Of a stretch of DNA of 64,000 nt, positions 53,487 to 64,000 are shown piece after piece (the first letter of the stretch is position 1; each line of letters begins with the position of its first letter). The notes under the pieces were generated by a model. That model saw only the letters and a program-made list of their open reading frames with translations, ran no database searches and was not told the origin of the DNA. The translations under genes and the position numbers were made by a program. Where the stretch lies: the NCBI GenBank assembly GCA_965226885.1, contig CBDDEL010000013.1, positions 320,001 through 384,000 on the forward strand, in the 5' to 3' direction. This DNA comes from Opitutales bacterium. Its GTDB lineage: Bacteria > Verrucomicrobiota > Verrucomicrobiia > Opitutales > UBA2987.

Positions 53487-56285
53487 TAACTTAGCTCTTC
53501 TTCCACAAATACCAAAGCTACCGCTTCCGGGGTACGCTCCACCTGCTCCTCGAACAGCTCATGAATACATTTGTCACTCGGGTAGGAAGTCCGGGTGTCG
53601 TTGAACTCAACCAGGAGTTGATGTTGTTCGGCCTGGGTGAGGAGCGGGAGCTTCGAGATGGGTTGATTCGGATCGGCTACGACCCCTTCCAGCAAAGTCT
53701 GAAAATGACCCGCCATGCTTTCGATCGTAGCTGCTTCGAACAGATCGCAGTTGTAATGGAACCGGCAGAGCAGCCCGGCCTCTTGCTCCACCACTTCCAG
53801 ATTCAAGTCAAATAGTGCGGTTCCATAGTCGAACTCGAAGGGTTCGATCATGAGAGGATCGGCCTGCATTGTTTTAAGGTCAAAATTCCTCAACTGGAAC
53901 AGCACTTGAACTATTGGATTTCGGCTCAGGTCACGTTCGGGCTGTAGTTCTTCCACCAACTTTTCAAAAGGTAAATCCTGGTGGGCATAAGCGGCCAGAG
54001 CCGTTTTTCTTACCCTCGCCAGCAACTCCCGGAAAGCGGGATCGCCCGAGAAATCGTTTCTCATGACCAGTGTGTTGATAAAGACTCCGATAAGCTCCTC
54101 TGTTTCTACGTGAGTGCGGCCGGCGATGGGAACACCTACGAGGACATCATATTGTCCCGTGTAACGTTGAAGCAGTGTCTGAAAGGCTGCCAGCAGCGTC
54201 ATAAACAGAGTAGCCCCTTCTCTCTGGCTCAGATTCTTAAGCGATTCGTACAGAGTTGGGGGTAAGGGTAAAATCACTCGCTTACCCCGGAAAGTCTGCA
54301 CCGCGGGCCGAGGCCGGTCTGTCATCAACTTCAGGATGGGCGGGGATCCCATCAGTTGTTGCTTCCAGTAGGAAAGGAGGGGTTCGATTGTCTTGCCTTG
54401 CAAATGCTGTCGCTGCCAGTGGCCGAAATCGGCGTACTGAATGGGTAACGGAGCCAGAGGTGATGGCTTGTCTGTTGAAAAAGATTCGTAAAGAGTGGCG
54501 AGTTCTCTAAAGAGCACGGTTTCCGACCAGCCGTCGAAGACGATATGATGCGTCGTCAGAACCAGCCAATGCTCCAGATCGCTCAACCGGAACAGGACGG
54601 CTCTCACGAGGGGGCCATGGGCCAGATCGAAAGACCGCCGGACTTCTTCTACGGCATGCCGCATGGCTTCTGCATTTCGCGCCGGTTCCGGGTGGCGCCT
54701 GAAGTCTGTTAAAGGTAATGTCAGTTCCAGGTGTAGTGCCGTCTCCTGGAAAGGTTGTCCGTCTACGACAGGGAAACGTGTGAGCAAAGATTCGTGCCGC
54801 CGTACAATCTCATTCAGGCTTTTGCCCAATGCGTCCGGGTTAAGCAGACCTGAAAGGCGTGCGCATACCGGTCGGTTGTAAAGCGGATAATCGGACGCCA
54901 GTTGTTCCTGGAACCATATCCTTTCCTGCGCAAAAGACAGTGTTGCCGGGTCCTTGTCCTCATGACGAGGGATTACGTATGCTTTAGGTAAGCCGGTTGC
55001 TTTGCCTTGCAGCCGTTTTTCCAATAGCGCCTGCTTTGCGGGTGAGAGGGCCGCGCGGCGCATCGATAGGTCTTCCTTATCCGGTATCCTCATCGTTCAA
55101 CGCTTCTATTTCTTCCAGGAGGAGTGTTTCGATGGCGATTGCCAGTTCGCTCAGAACGGGTTCTCTGAAGATTTTATCCAAAGGCAGATCCAAATCAAAA
55201 GCCTGTTTTATCCTTGAAACTACCCGTGTCGCCGAAAGCGAATCACCTCCCAATGCAAAAAAACTGTCGTTGCTTCCTACCGTGGAGATGCCCAGCACAT
55301 TAGTCCAGATTTCCGCAAGTGCAAGTTCGACCGGGCCTTCTGGAATGGCATATTCCGGTTTGAGCTGCAGCGCCAACTTTTCGGCCAGGCCGATTCGTTG
55401 GAGCTTGCCGGTGGGGCCTTTGGGTATCTCGTCCACGATCAGCACTTGAGAGGGAACTTTAAAGTCGGAGAGGCGGGAAAAGGCAAAATCGCGTATGTCT
55501 CTTGCCGTGGCTGTTCCATCCTGCCGCAGGACGACGGCGGCGACGACATCTTTACCCAATTTGGGGTGCGGGCTTGCGAAGGCGACCGCTTGTGCGATGT
55601 CCGGATGATTCATCAGCGCCTCGTCGATTTCACGCGGTGAGATTTTTTCGCCGCCACGGTTGATGATCTCCTTGATTCGCCCGGAGATGAAAAGATAGCC
55701 ATTTTCATTCAAATAACCCAGATCGCCTGTCCGGAACAAGCCTTGGGTGAAAGCAGATTTATTTGCCTCCGGGTTGTTTTCGTAACCGGCCATGACATTT
55801 TTGCCGCGTAGGACGATTTCTCCGGTCGCTCTCGGTGGGAGCAGGTTCCCTGCGTCGTTCATAATGGCCACTTCAGGTCCTGCCGCCAGTCCTACAGACC
55901 CTTGCTTGCGCTCGCCCGGCGGCAAGGGGTTGCATGCCATCTGGTGGGCGGCTTCGGTCATCCCATAAGCTTCTATGACCGGAACGTGGAAAGTCTCCTC
56001 CATTTCATCCATCAGGGAGGGAGGGAGCGCGGAGGAAGAAGAGCGGATGAATCTTAAGGAGTGGTGCTGGTGCGCAGTTGTTTCGGGATGCCCTACAATA
56101 CTGTCCACTGCAGCCCGGTGAATGGTGGGGACTGCCGTGTACCAGGTAGGTGAAAACTCTGTCAGCCATGAACCGAAGTTTTTTCCTTCATATCCCGGAG
56201 CGAAGATCACACTCGCGCCAGCATCAAGGGAGGCGAGTAACGCCGCAATGATGCCGTGGATATGAAAAAGTGGCATGACATTCAG

Positions 56286-57087
56286 GGTAGTGTATTAAGT
56301 AGGAATGGGGGCTAATTCTTGATTATATTGATGAATGAAAAGTCTCAGACAGGTTTCATGCATACTCTTAAGCTTGGAAAAGGAGAGGGTTTTGCGTGTG
56401 AAACGACCCAGTCGTTGGCGCAGGGTATTGTTCCATCGTTCCACATGGGCCGTTTCACCGGTTTCTTTTCCCACGGATCGGTTATGAGGAAAGACTTCAT
56501 CATAAGTGCTCCAAAAGTCGCTGTAGGTGGCACATCTTTTGTAGGCCCGTGGCAGACGCTCGTAAAGTTCCCGGCAACGATACCAATCCCGAGGCCCAAT
56601 GGCATAGGAGAGGATTTGACGGGTGCGTCGGCAAAGAGCGATCCAAACCCATTGGGCATCGCTCTTGCGCCCCACAAAAGACCACAGTTCGTCCAGTTCA
56701 ATGACATCATGGCGGCGGGCCGCAAGAATCGTGCTTTTGAGCGGTCGCAGCGATTGTCGTTTTTTTTAACCAACTCAAAACGGTGTTGGGACTCACCCCG
56801 AAGGCGCGCTGTAAACCGCGTAGACTGCTGCGTTCCTGATAGACTCGAAGGATCATTTCTTTTTGCTCTTCGGTGTATTTCACTGTGGGGTTTTCGCGGC
56901 TTTGTTTACCACAATCATGGCAGCGGTAGCGCTGTTTATGGTTGGGCGTCTTGCCAAATTTAATGATATTTTCACTTCCACAGTGCCGACAATTAATAAT
57001 TTTAGTAACCATGCACTAAGAATAAATTGCCTAACGCTATTTGTACAGCTAAAAATACAAAATAACATTCTTTTTTTATACACTACC
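56286..57087 (-). mobile_element. IS1-family element (802 bp)
   Basis: 8-bp TSD ACATTCAG. Confidence 0.96.
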
Positions 57088-57388
57088 ACATTCAGGCAGC
57101 GATCTTCCGGTTTGAGGTTGAGGGTTTTGCGTACGTTTCGCGCCGAGGCAATGAGATTGCTATGGGTCAGCGGCACAATTTTGGGACGCGCTGTAGTGCC
57201 AGATGTGTGCAAGACCAAAGCAATATCCTCAGGTTGTGCGGAACCATTTTTCATCTGGGATGAAGAGACGATGTCCGAAAGCAGGTTCAACTTGAAAACA
57301 CCGGCCTCCGCCTCGGTGTCTGCCATGAGTTCTATGATCGGGATATTGCACTTATTGGCGATCTCTCTGGCCGGGGAGTCTTTGCCTG

Positions 57389-58682
57389 TGATGTGACCGC
57401 CGAAAACACTACCATTGCCAGTGAGAGTCTTTCTGGAGAAATTACCGGAAAGACCTATGAAGCAAAAAAGATACACCCCTGAACAAATCATAACGATACT
57501 GCGCGAAGTAGACGCAGGCAAAGGCATTCAGGATGTCTGTCGGTCCCACAATATCAGTCCTCAAAGCTACCATCGTTGGCGTAAAAAGTATGGCCGCATG
57601 GAGCTGCGTGACGCCAAGCGGCTGAAGGAGCTGGAGCGCGAGAACACACAGCTTAAGAAGATAGTAGCCGAGCAGATGCTGGAGAACCGTGTGCTCAAGG
57701 AGGTGAACGCAAAAAAATGGTAGGCCCGAAGCAGAAAAAGGAAGCGGTGAAGCATGTATTGGCCCAAGGGTCGTGCTCGCTGCGTCGGGCCTGTCAGTAT
57801 TTTGGGTTGCACCGCTCAACCTACCTGTATGAACCCAAGAAAGCTACTGAGTATAGGCATAAACTGGTGGCACGCATCATTGCCTTTTCGAAGAAGCATC
57901 CGCGCTATGGCTATCGTCGGATCCGCGCTTTGTTGACCCATGAAGGTTGGCCCGTGAGTCGCAAATTCGTCCAAAAAGTGCGTCGTTTCGAAGGACTGGG
58001 TGTGCGGCCGCCTGGCAAGCGCCGTCGCCGGCAGGGCCAATCCACGGCTACCCCGACCCGAGCAGTGCAGCCCAACCATGTGTGGAGTTGGGACTTTGTG
58101 GCGGATCGCACCGACCGGGGCGGTCCGCTCAGGCTCTTGACACTGATCGATGAACATACCCGTCAATGCCTGGCCATTAAGGTTGCGCGCTCACTGAAAA
58201 GTGCCGATGTGGTAGAGGTATTGAACGATGCCATAAGAGAGAACGGCAAACCTCAGTGCATCCGCTCGGACAACGGATCGGAGTTTATAGCCCACCAAGT
58301 CAAAGAAGAACTGCAGCGACAGGAAATTGCCATCGCATACATTGATCCAGGAAGCCCTTGGCAGAATGGACATATAGAATCCTTTCATAATCGTTTGCGC
58401 GATGAATGCCTTAATCAGGAACTGTTCCTGAGCGTGACCGAAGCGCGTGTGGTGGTCGAACAATGGCGACACAAATACAACGCGAAACACCCCCACAGCC
58501 GATTAGGCTTTCTCTCCCCAAATACATTTGCCAGACTCTGGCGAACAATCAACAAAGCAGCGGCTGGCTCCATTCGGCCTACGGCCTCATTGCGCCACCC
58601 GCTGCAAAACCTACAATACCAAACCTACGGAAATACTCTCACTTAAAGTGGTAGCAAAGATGGGGTCCATGGGGTCCGATCA
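57389..58682 (+). mobile_element. IS3-family element (IS407-like)
   Basis: orfA 57457..57723 ends in an A7 slippery run; orfB has WSWDF, RSDNGSEF, GSPWQNG..ESF; TG..CA ends; TSD CCTG; 9-bp duplication ATGGGGTCC inside the right IR. Confidence 0.93.
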
Positions 58683-58697
58683 CCTGCTGTTACAATA

Positions 58698-60514
58698 GAG
58701 GCTGTCCCAAAAATATAAAGATTTTATAGTCAACTGGATGACGTTGATAAAAAGAGCCGGAAAGAGCAAGTTTTTGCTCGATCCGGCCAAAAAAGGGTTC
58801 TATAATTGAGTTAGCGAAAATCAATATAGCCCTTTCTATGAAAAATATAGCCATCCAATGCCTCCTGCGTCCAGCTTTAACTGTGGTCGACCGGTGCCTC
58901 GATTACGATAACTTCCGCGCCACCATTGATCGAATCGATCGGCTGCTGATCGACTCGGAGGTTGAATCGCAGGCCATTGAGCTGGCCTTGGAGGGGTGGC
59001 CGCCAATGGGTCTAAAGGCCCGGCGGCAGCGGGCCAGTTTTGCCATCAAGGCACTGCGCATGGATACGCTGGGCCGTCTGCTCGGAGGGATTTCGTTTCG
59101 GCATTTGTCGCGGGCTCTGGGCAGCAGCGATCTGTTGGCCGACTTTTGCCGTGTCCGGCAGATCGATGGCATCAGGGGCATCTCCAAAAGCACCCTGGAG
59201 CGGGCCTCGAAGTTTTTCAGCGAAGAGCAGTTGAGGGCCTTGCACCGGACCTTGGCTGAGGTGGTGGGCGATGCCCTTCTGGCCCGGCAGGTGGGATTGG
59301 ACAAGCCGATTGACACCACCATTTGCCTGATCGACGGCACCTGTTTGGAGGCTAACATTCATTGGCCGACGGACTGGGTATTACTCAAGGATGTAGCCGG
59401 CACGTTGCTCAAAGCGATCCGGCTGATCCGCGAGAAGGCCGGTGTGCGCCATCGCATGCCGATCGAACCGGAGCCCTTGGCTCGGCAGATGAATCGGCTG
59501 TGCATACAGATGACCCACAGCCGGCGGCGAAAGGACAGCGCGCGGCAGCGCAAGGGTATCTTGAGGCAGATGAAAAAGCTGCTCAAACGGATCGGGGAGC
59601 ATGCCCGCAGTCACCGGGAATTATTGCAAGCCTGCTGGGAGCAAAGCGATTATAGCGAAAAACAGGTCCAACAGATCCTCGCCCGGATGGAGCGCATGAG
59701 CGAGCAAATCCCGGTGGTCATCAAACAGGCGCACGAGCGGATCATTGGCGGCCGCCAGGTGAAAAACGCAGAGAAAGTCTTGAGTGTTTACGAACTCGAT
59801 GGGCAGGTGATTGTGCGAGGTAAAGCGGGCCAAGAGGTCGAGTTCGGCAACACCCTGTTTTTGGGAGAAAGCGTTGAAGGGTACCTGCTGGACTGGAAAC
59901 TCTACGGCAGCCGAACTCCAAGCGAAAATGAACAAATGCAAGAGAGTTTGCAAAGACAGAACCGCTTCAACCTGGAAGAACCCATAGCGGCCATGTGCGC
60001 GGACCGGGGATTTGCCTCCCAGCGGGCCCGCCGGCAGTTAGCCCAGGAGGGAATCTACGACGCGCTCTGTGCACGGGCTCCGAAGCAGTTGAAAAAACGG
60101 ATGGAGGAACCACTGTTCAGACAATTGCAAAAGCGCCGGGCCAGCACCGAAGGGCGGATCGGGGTATTGAAGAATCGCTGGCAGGCCGGGCGGTTGCGCA
60201 GCAAAGGCTTTGCCAACCGCTCGATCAGCGTAGCCTGGTCGGTACTCTCGCACAACCTATGGAAAGTAGCCAAGATGCTGGCCCAGCAAGACGAACTAAA
60301 AACCAAAGCGGCGGCCTAGAGAGCGGAAAAGCAAGGACAATACTTTTTCACAGCCTTACTGTCGGCTCATACAAAGAAAACCAGGCAACCGGACCCCAAA
60401 ACCAGTATCCTAGCGTCATAGGAGAGCAAAGTTGATACTCTCCCAAATGCAAATACCTCTAAAATGAGCGCCTATCAAAAGCCCTCGCAAAAATCACCCT
60501 TTTGGGACAGCCTC
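58698..60514 (+). mobile_element. ISNCY/IS5-like copy 6
   Basis: 1817 bp; flanks TACAATA / TATGATA unmatched. Confidence 0.95.
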
Positions 60515-60729
60515 TATGATATTAAATTAAAAAAAACCGGGTTTTTACATTATGCTAAAGTCTGGCTGGGGAGCGGTCCAGGCTAACGGTATCCGGCAGA
60601 AGGCGATAAGGCCGCGTGCATGAGTATGGAAGCAGAAAAGGCCCATTCTCTTTTTGCTTGAGTGAACGGGAAAGGCATCTTTTTATAATTTGTTCTGGGA
60701 GGGAGGCATTTGCGCACCGCCCGATTGTC

Positions 60730-60804
<75 letters not shown>

Positions 60805-61164
60805 TGAATACCAACGACTTGGATAATTCTTGGGAACCTGCTAGGCAAACTCTCGGGAAGGTTCGGAAATCGAAGAAAACACCGTAATCCGACATCGCAT
60901 CGCTCGCCTTTGAGGGGAATCGATTACGCTGTTTTTCGTAGGATCGGGCGGCGAACCCAACCGGCATTGCAAGCAGAATACTGAAATGAGGACAAATGTA
61001 GCGTTATGAATTTTAAATACGTTAGAAATAAATTTGTAAAAAAAGTGTAAAGGAAAATTACGTAAGTCCTTACTTCACAAAAGTTTTTGAATTTTTTTAA
61101 CACTTTTTTAACCATGTTTTTTCTGGACAAATGAGGTATTTCCCCTAAATTCTTTATCAGACAC

Positions 61165-61651
61165 ATGAATAGGATAATACAAAATGGTTTAGAAACGCGG
61201 CGAATGGATCGTCGCCCCACCCAGGACAAAAAAGGATTCTCCCTGGTAGAACTCATGGTGGGTTCATCAATCCTTACTCTTGTGCTCGCCGGCGCCTTCA
61301 GCGGTCTGGGGCAAGCGCTCTGTATCTCTGAAGTCGTGCAAAGCTCCAATTTCGCAGCGCAGCTTCGCAGCGCAGCTCTTGCAAAGCGAAATGGACGAAA
61401 TCCACCTGCTGCAATGGGACGAGGTGGCAAACCTGCAGGGCAAAGATTCTTTCGATCCTCGAAAGAACTTTTCCACTGTACCTTTGCGGGACTACTCCTG
61501 CACGAGGATTGTTTCGTCGAAGGGAACCTCTCAAAAAGAAATTCGTCTTATCGTGGAATGGACGGATTTGAGGGGGAAACGCCACTCCAACGAATATGTC
61601 ACTTATTACACGAAGGAGGGGCTTTTTGACTACTCCTATCGTTCACTCTGA
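61165..61651 (+). pseudogene. Prepilin-type (PilV-like) protein, frameshifted
   Basis: KKGFSLVELMV; removing the 13-bp duplication TTCGCAGCGCAGC (61351-61376) restores FAAQLLQSEMDEI. Confidence 0.88.
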
Positions 61652-62285
61652 TTTTCCCGGTTTCCGCTCCAGTCCAGTAACGAACCGGAAAATCGAAGAC
61701 TAGAAAAAGCAGTAAAAGGATTTCGCCGCAACTGGCCGCAGGCGAAGAACAAGAGGTATGGATTCGTTTTACCTTTTACCAGAAGTAATCGTAGTCGCTT
61801 TGGTTGCCTCCCTAATTTTAACCGTAATCGCATTCTCCATCAGAGCCATCATGCTGCATAGCATAAGTTTGACCTACCATGCCGAAATTACCGCCCAAGG
61901 GAAAAAAACATTGAACTCATTTACCGATGACGTCCGGGTTGCCACCGATATTATTGTTTTGGATTCAGACGAACTTCTGCTGGAGACTTCCCTGGACCCG
62001 GCAAAAAGCAATTTGGTGGAATACAATTACGATGCCAACAAACAAACATTGGTCCGCACCATTTACGTCAATACCCTGAATGAAGAGGATATTTTACTGA
62101 TGGATGGATTGAAGTCATTTTCTTTCACCTATTACACCATAGTGGGCGATGTTACGACAAAAGCCATCGAAACCAAAAAGATCAGGCTTAGGGCAGAACT
62201 GACACGGGGCAGCGGCCTTGAAACCGTCATCGATCGCGAAATCGCCACCCAGGTGGTCATGCGAAACCGAAAAATGCACAATTAA
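61626..62285 (+). pseudogene. Prepilin-type (PilW/GspJ-like) protein with two frameshifts
   Basis: RBS AGGAGG plus TTG 61626; removing CCAGT (61669-61678) and TTTTACC (61767-61780) duplicates gives one ORF containing RYGFVLPEVIV. Confidence 0.75.
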
Positions 62286-62300
62286 TTTGATCGCGATCCA

Positions 62301-63335
62301 ATGAGAATGGAGAAAAAAGAGGGATCCATTATCCTGGCAGCGCTGTTTATGGCCGCCATCGGAGGGTATCTCGTGACCAGTTACCTCAAGGCTACCTTGC
62401 TCGAACGTAAATTGGCGGAAGAAAATTATTATACCGGGAGCGCTAAAAACCTGGCCGAGGCGGGAGCGGAAACCGGAGTCCTGGCCCTCAATACCAATGA
62501 TTGGTCTGGCTGGACTTTAAATGGAAAAGTAGCCCTCAAGAAGCTTCCCTTAGTGGATATCGGGAATAGCCTTGAGGGTACCATAACGGTTAAGATAGAC
62601 GACAGGTTCACCGACCCGTTCATTATCAGTGAAGGGCGCATCGACCTGCCCAGGGGTAAAACGCTGCAGGAGCAAATCAAGGTGGAGACCCAGCCCAGAG
62701 CGTTGTTTCCCAATGCCATCACGGCGCGCGACTATGTCTATTTTTACAGGGGCAGTAAAAACAACAATATCATCAAAATAGACAGTTACGATTCAGCCAA
62801 AGGCGATTACGACCCGGTCCTGAACCGCAACCGCAATGACAAAGGAACGGTGGCCAGCAAAAGGATGTACACCTATTCCCGCTCCAATGCCGAAATTTAC
62901 GGTTATATGGCGACAAAAAAAGGCCAGCCGGTAAGCGTTGGCAGAAACGGCAGGGTTTACGGAATAGACACTCCCTACTATGTGAAACGGGATCAAGACC
63001 GCATCGCCACCGATTTCAAAGCCTCTTTTCCGGACAAGACGGCACCCGTTAAAAAGAATGCGACCAAATGGTCGAGTAAAAGCACTGTCACTTACAATGG
63101 CAGTCTCAACCGGGGCAATCCCAAGCTTTATCGGTTTTCAGGTGATTTGAATATCAGCTCTTCGCAAACCTTGGTCATCAGAAACCATGTGGCGCTGATA
63201 ATTGACGACGATTTTTACCTCCGCGGCAAAGTCCGGGTGGAAAATGGCGGCTCCCTGGTTATTTATCTCTACGACGATTTTACCATCTACGACTCCGGCC
63301 AAATCATCACTGAGTCGAAAAAACCGATTGATTTC
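62301..63335 (+). pseudogene. PilX-like protein truncated or interrupted by IS1
   Basis: KEGSIILAAL, AKNLAEAGAE, IDSYDS; the ORF runs into the IS1 IR. Confidence 0.75.
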
Positions 63336-64000
63336 GGTAGTGTATAAAAAAAGAATGTTATTTGGTATTTTTAGCTGAACAAATAGCGTTAGGCAGTTTA
63401 TTCTTAGTGCATGGTTACTAAAATTATTAATTGTCGGCACTGTGGAAGTGAAAATATCATTAAATTTGGCAAGACGCCCAACCATAAACAGCGCTACCGC
63501 TGCCATGATTGTGGTAAACAAAGCCGCGAAAACCCCACAGTGAAATACACCGAAGAGCAAAAAGAAATGATCCTTCGAGTCTATCAGGAACGCAGCAGTC
63601 TACGCGGTTTACAGCGCGCCTTCGGGGTGAGTCCCAACACCGTTTTGAGTTGGTTAAAAAAAACGACAATCGCTGCGACCGCTCAAAAGCACGATTCTTG
63701 CGGCCCGCCGCCATGATGTCATTGAACTGGACGAACTGTGGTCTTTTGTGGGGCGCAAGAGCGATGCCCAATGGGTTTGGATCGCTCTTTGCCGACGCAC
63801 CCGTCAAATCCTCTCCTATGCCATTGGGCCTCGGGATTGGTATCGTTGCCGGGAACTTTACGAGCGTCTGCCACGGGCCTACAAAAGATGTGCCACCTAC
63901 AGCGACTTTTGGAGCACTTATGATGAAGTCTTTCCTCATAACCGATCCGTGGGAAAAGAAACCGGTGAAACGGCCCATGTGGAACGATGGAACAATACCC
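63336..64000 (+). mobile_element. IS1-family element running off the window
   Basis: Left IR, insA 63411..63716, 5' part of insB. Confidence 0.95.

Larger units (their letters stand above)
47472..55093 (-). pseudogene. NRPS C-A-T-TE gene interrupted by three IS and 3'-truncated
   Basis: HHIVFDGWS (C); YTSGSTGKPNG, YGPTE, YRTGD (A); GGHS (T); PLFLIH (start of TE); fragments rejoin in frame across the TSDs. Confidence 0.92.
55077..58697 (-). pseudogene. Acyl-adenylating enzyme (oxalate-CoA ligase-like) fused to a carrier domain; two IS insertions, 5' end lost
   Basis: HTSGTTARPKIVPL, MPLFHIHG, TWYTAVPTIH, LRFIRSSS, EAYGMTEAAHQM, INRGGEKISP, then GGDSL. Confidence 0.88.

Noticed and set aside
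62823..62834. AACCGC x2 and the TAAT run at 20030-20045 as further duplications
   Set aside because: In frame or low complexity; cannot be told from native sequence without orthologs

Overview
Bacterial chromosomal window, probably Verrucomicrobiota/Opitutales (inferred from DUF5069, an H-X9-DG prepilin-type gene and gene order), in an early genome-decay state. The block at about 2.2-21 kb is IS-free housekeeping DNA (ABC permease, dapF-like, family-B DNA polymerase, rnr, glyA, mpl, xerD, modAB, accA). The rest is saturated with near-identical insertion sequences: six copies of a 1817-bp ISNCY/IS5-like element, eight full or partial copies of one IS1-family element plus a second IS1, three IS1380 copies, two IS3 and one IS630 remnant. 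By my boundaries this is about 23.8 kb, or about 37% of the window. Target-site duplications (TSDs) allow in-frame reconstruction of a shattered two-gene NRPS locus (oxalate-CoA-ligase-like A-T loading protein plus C-A-T-TE), a nitroreductase and an AbiGi-like remnant. At least 11 perfect 5-24 bp tandem duplications of otherwise unique sequence occur, and seven of them frameshift genes, including three of the four pilin-like genes. Also present are an integron attC-like site, a DapF with both catalytic Cys replaced by Ser, an IS1380 nested in inverted orientation inside itself, and one tRNA(CAT). No CRISPR array or rRNA was seen.
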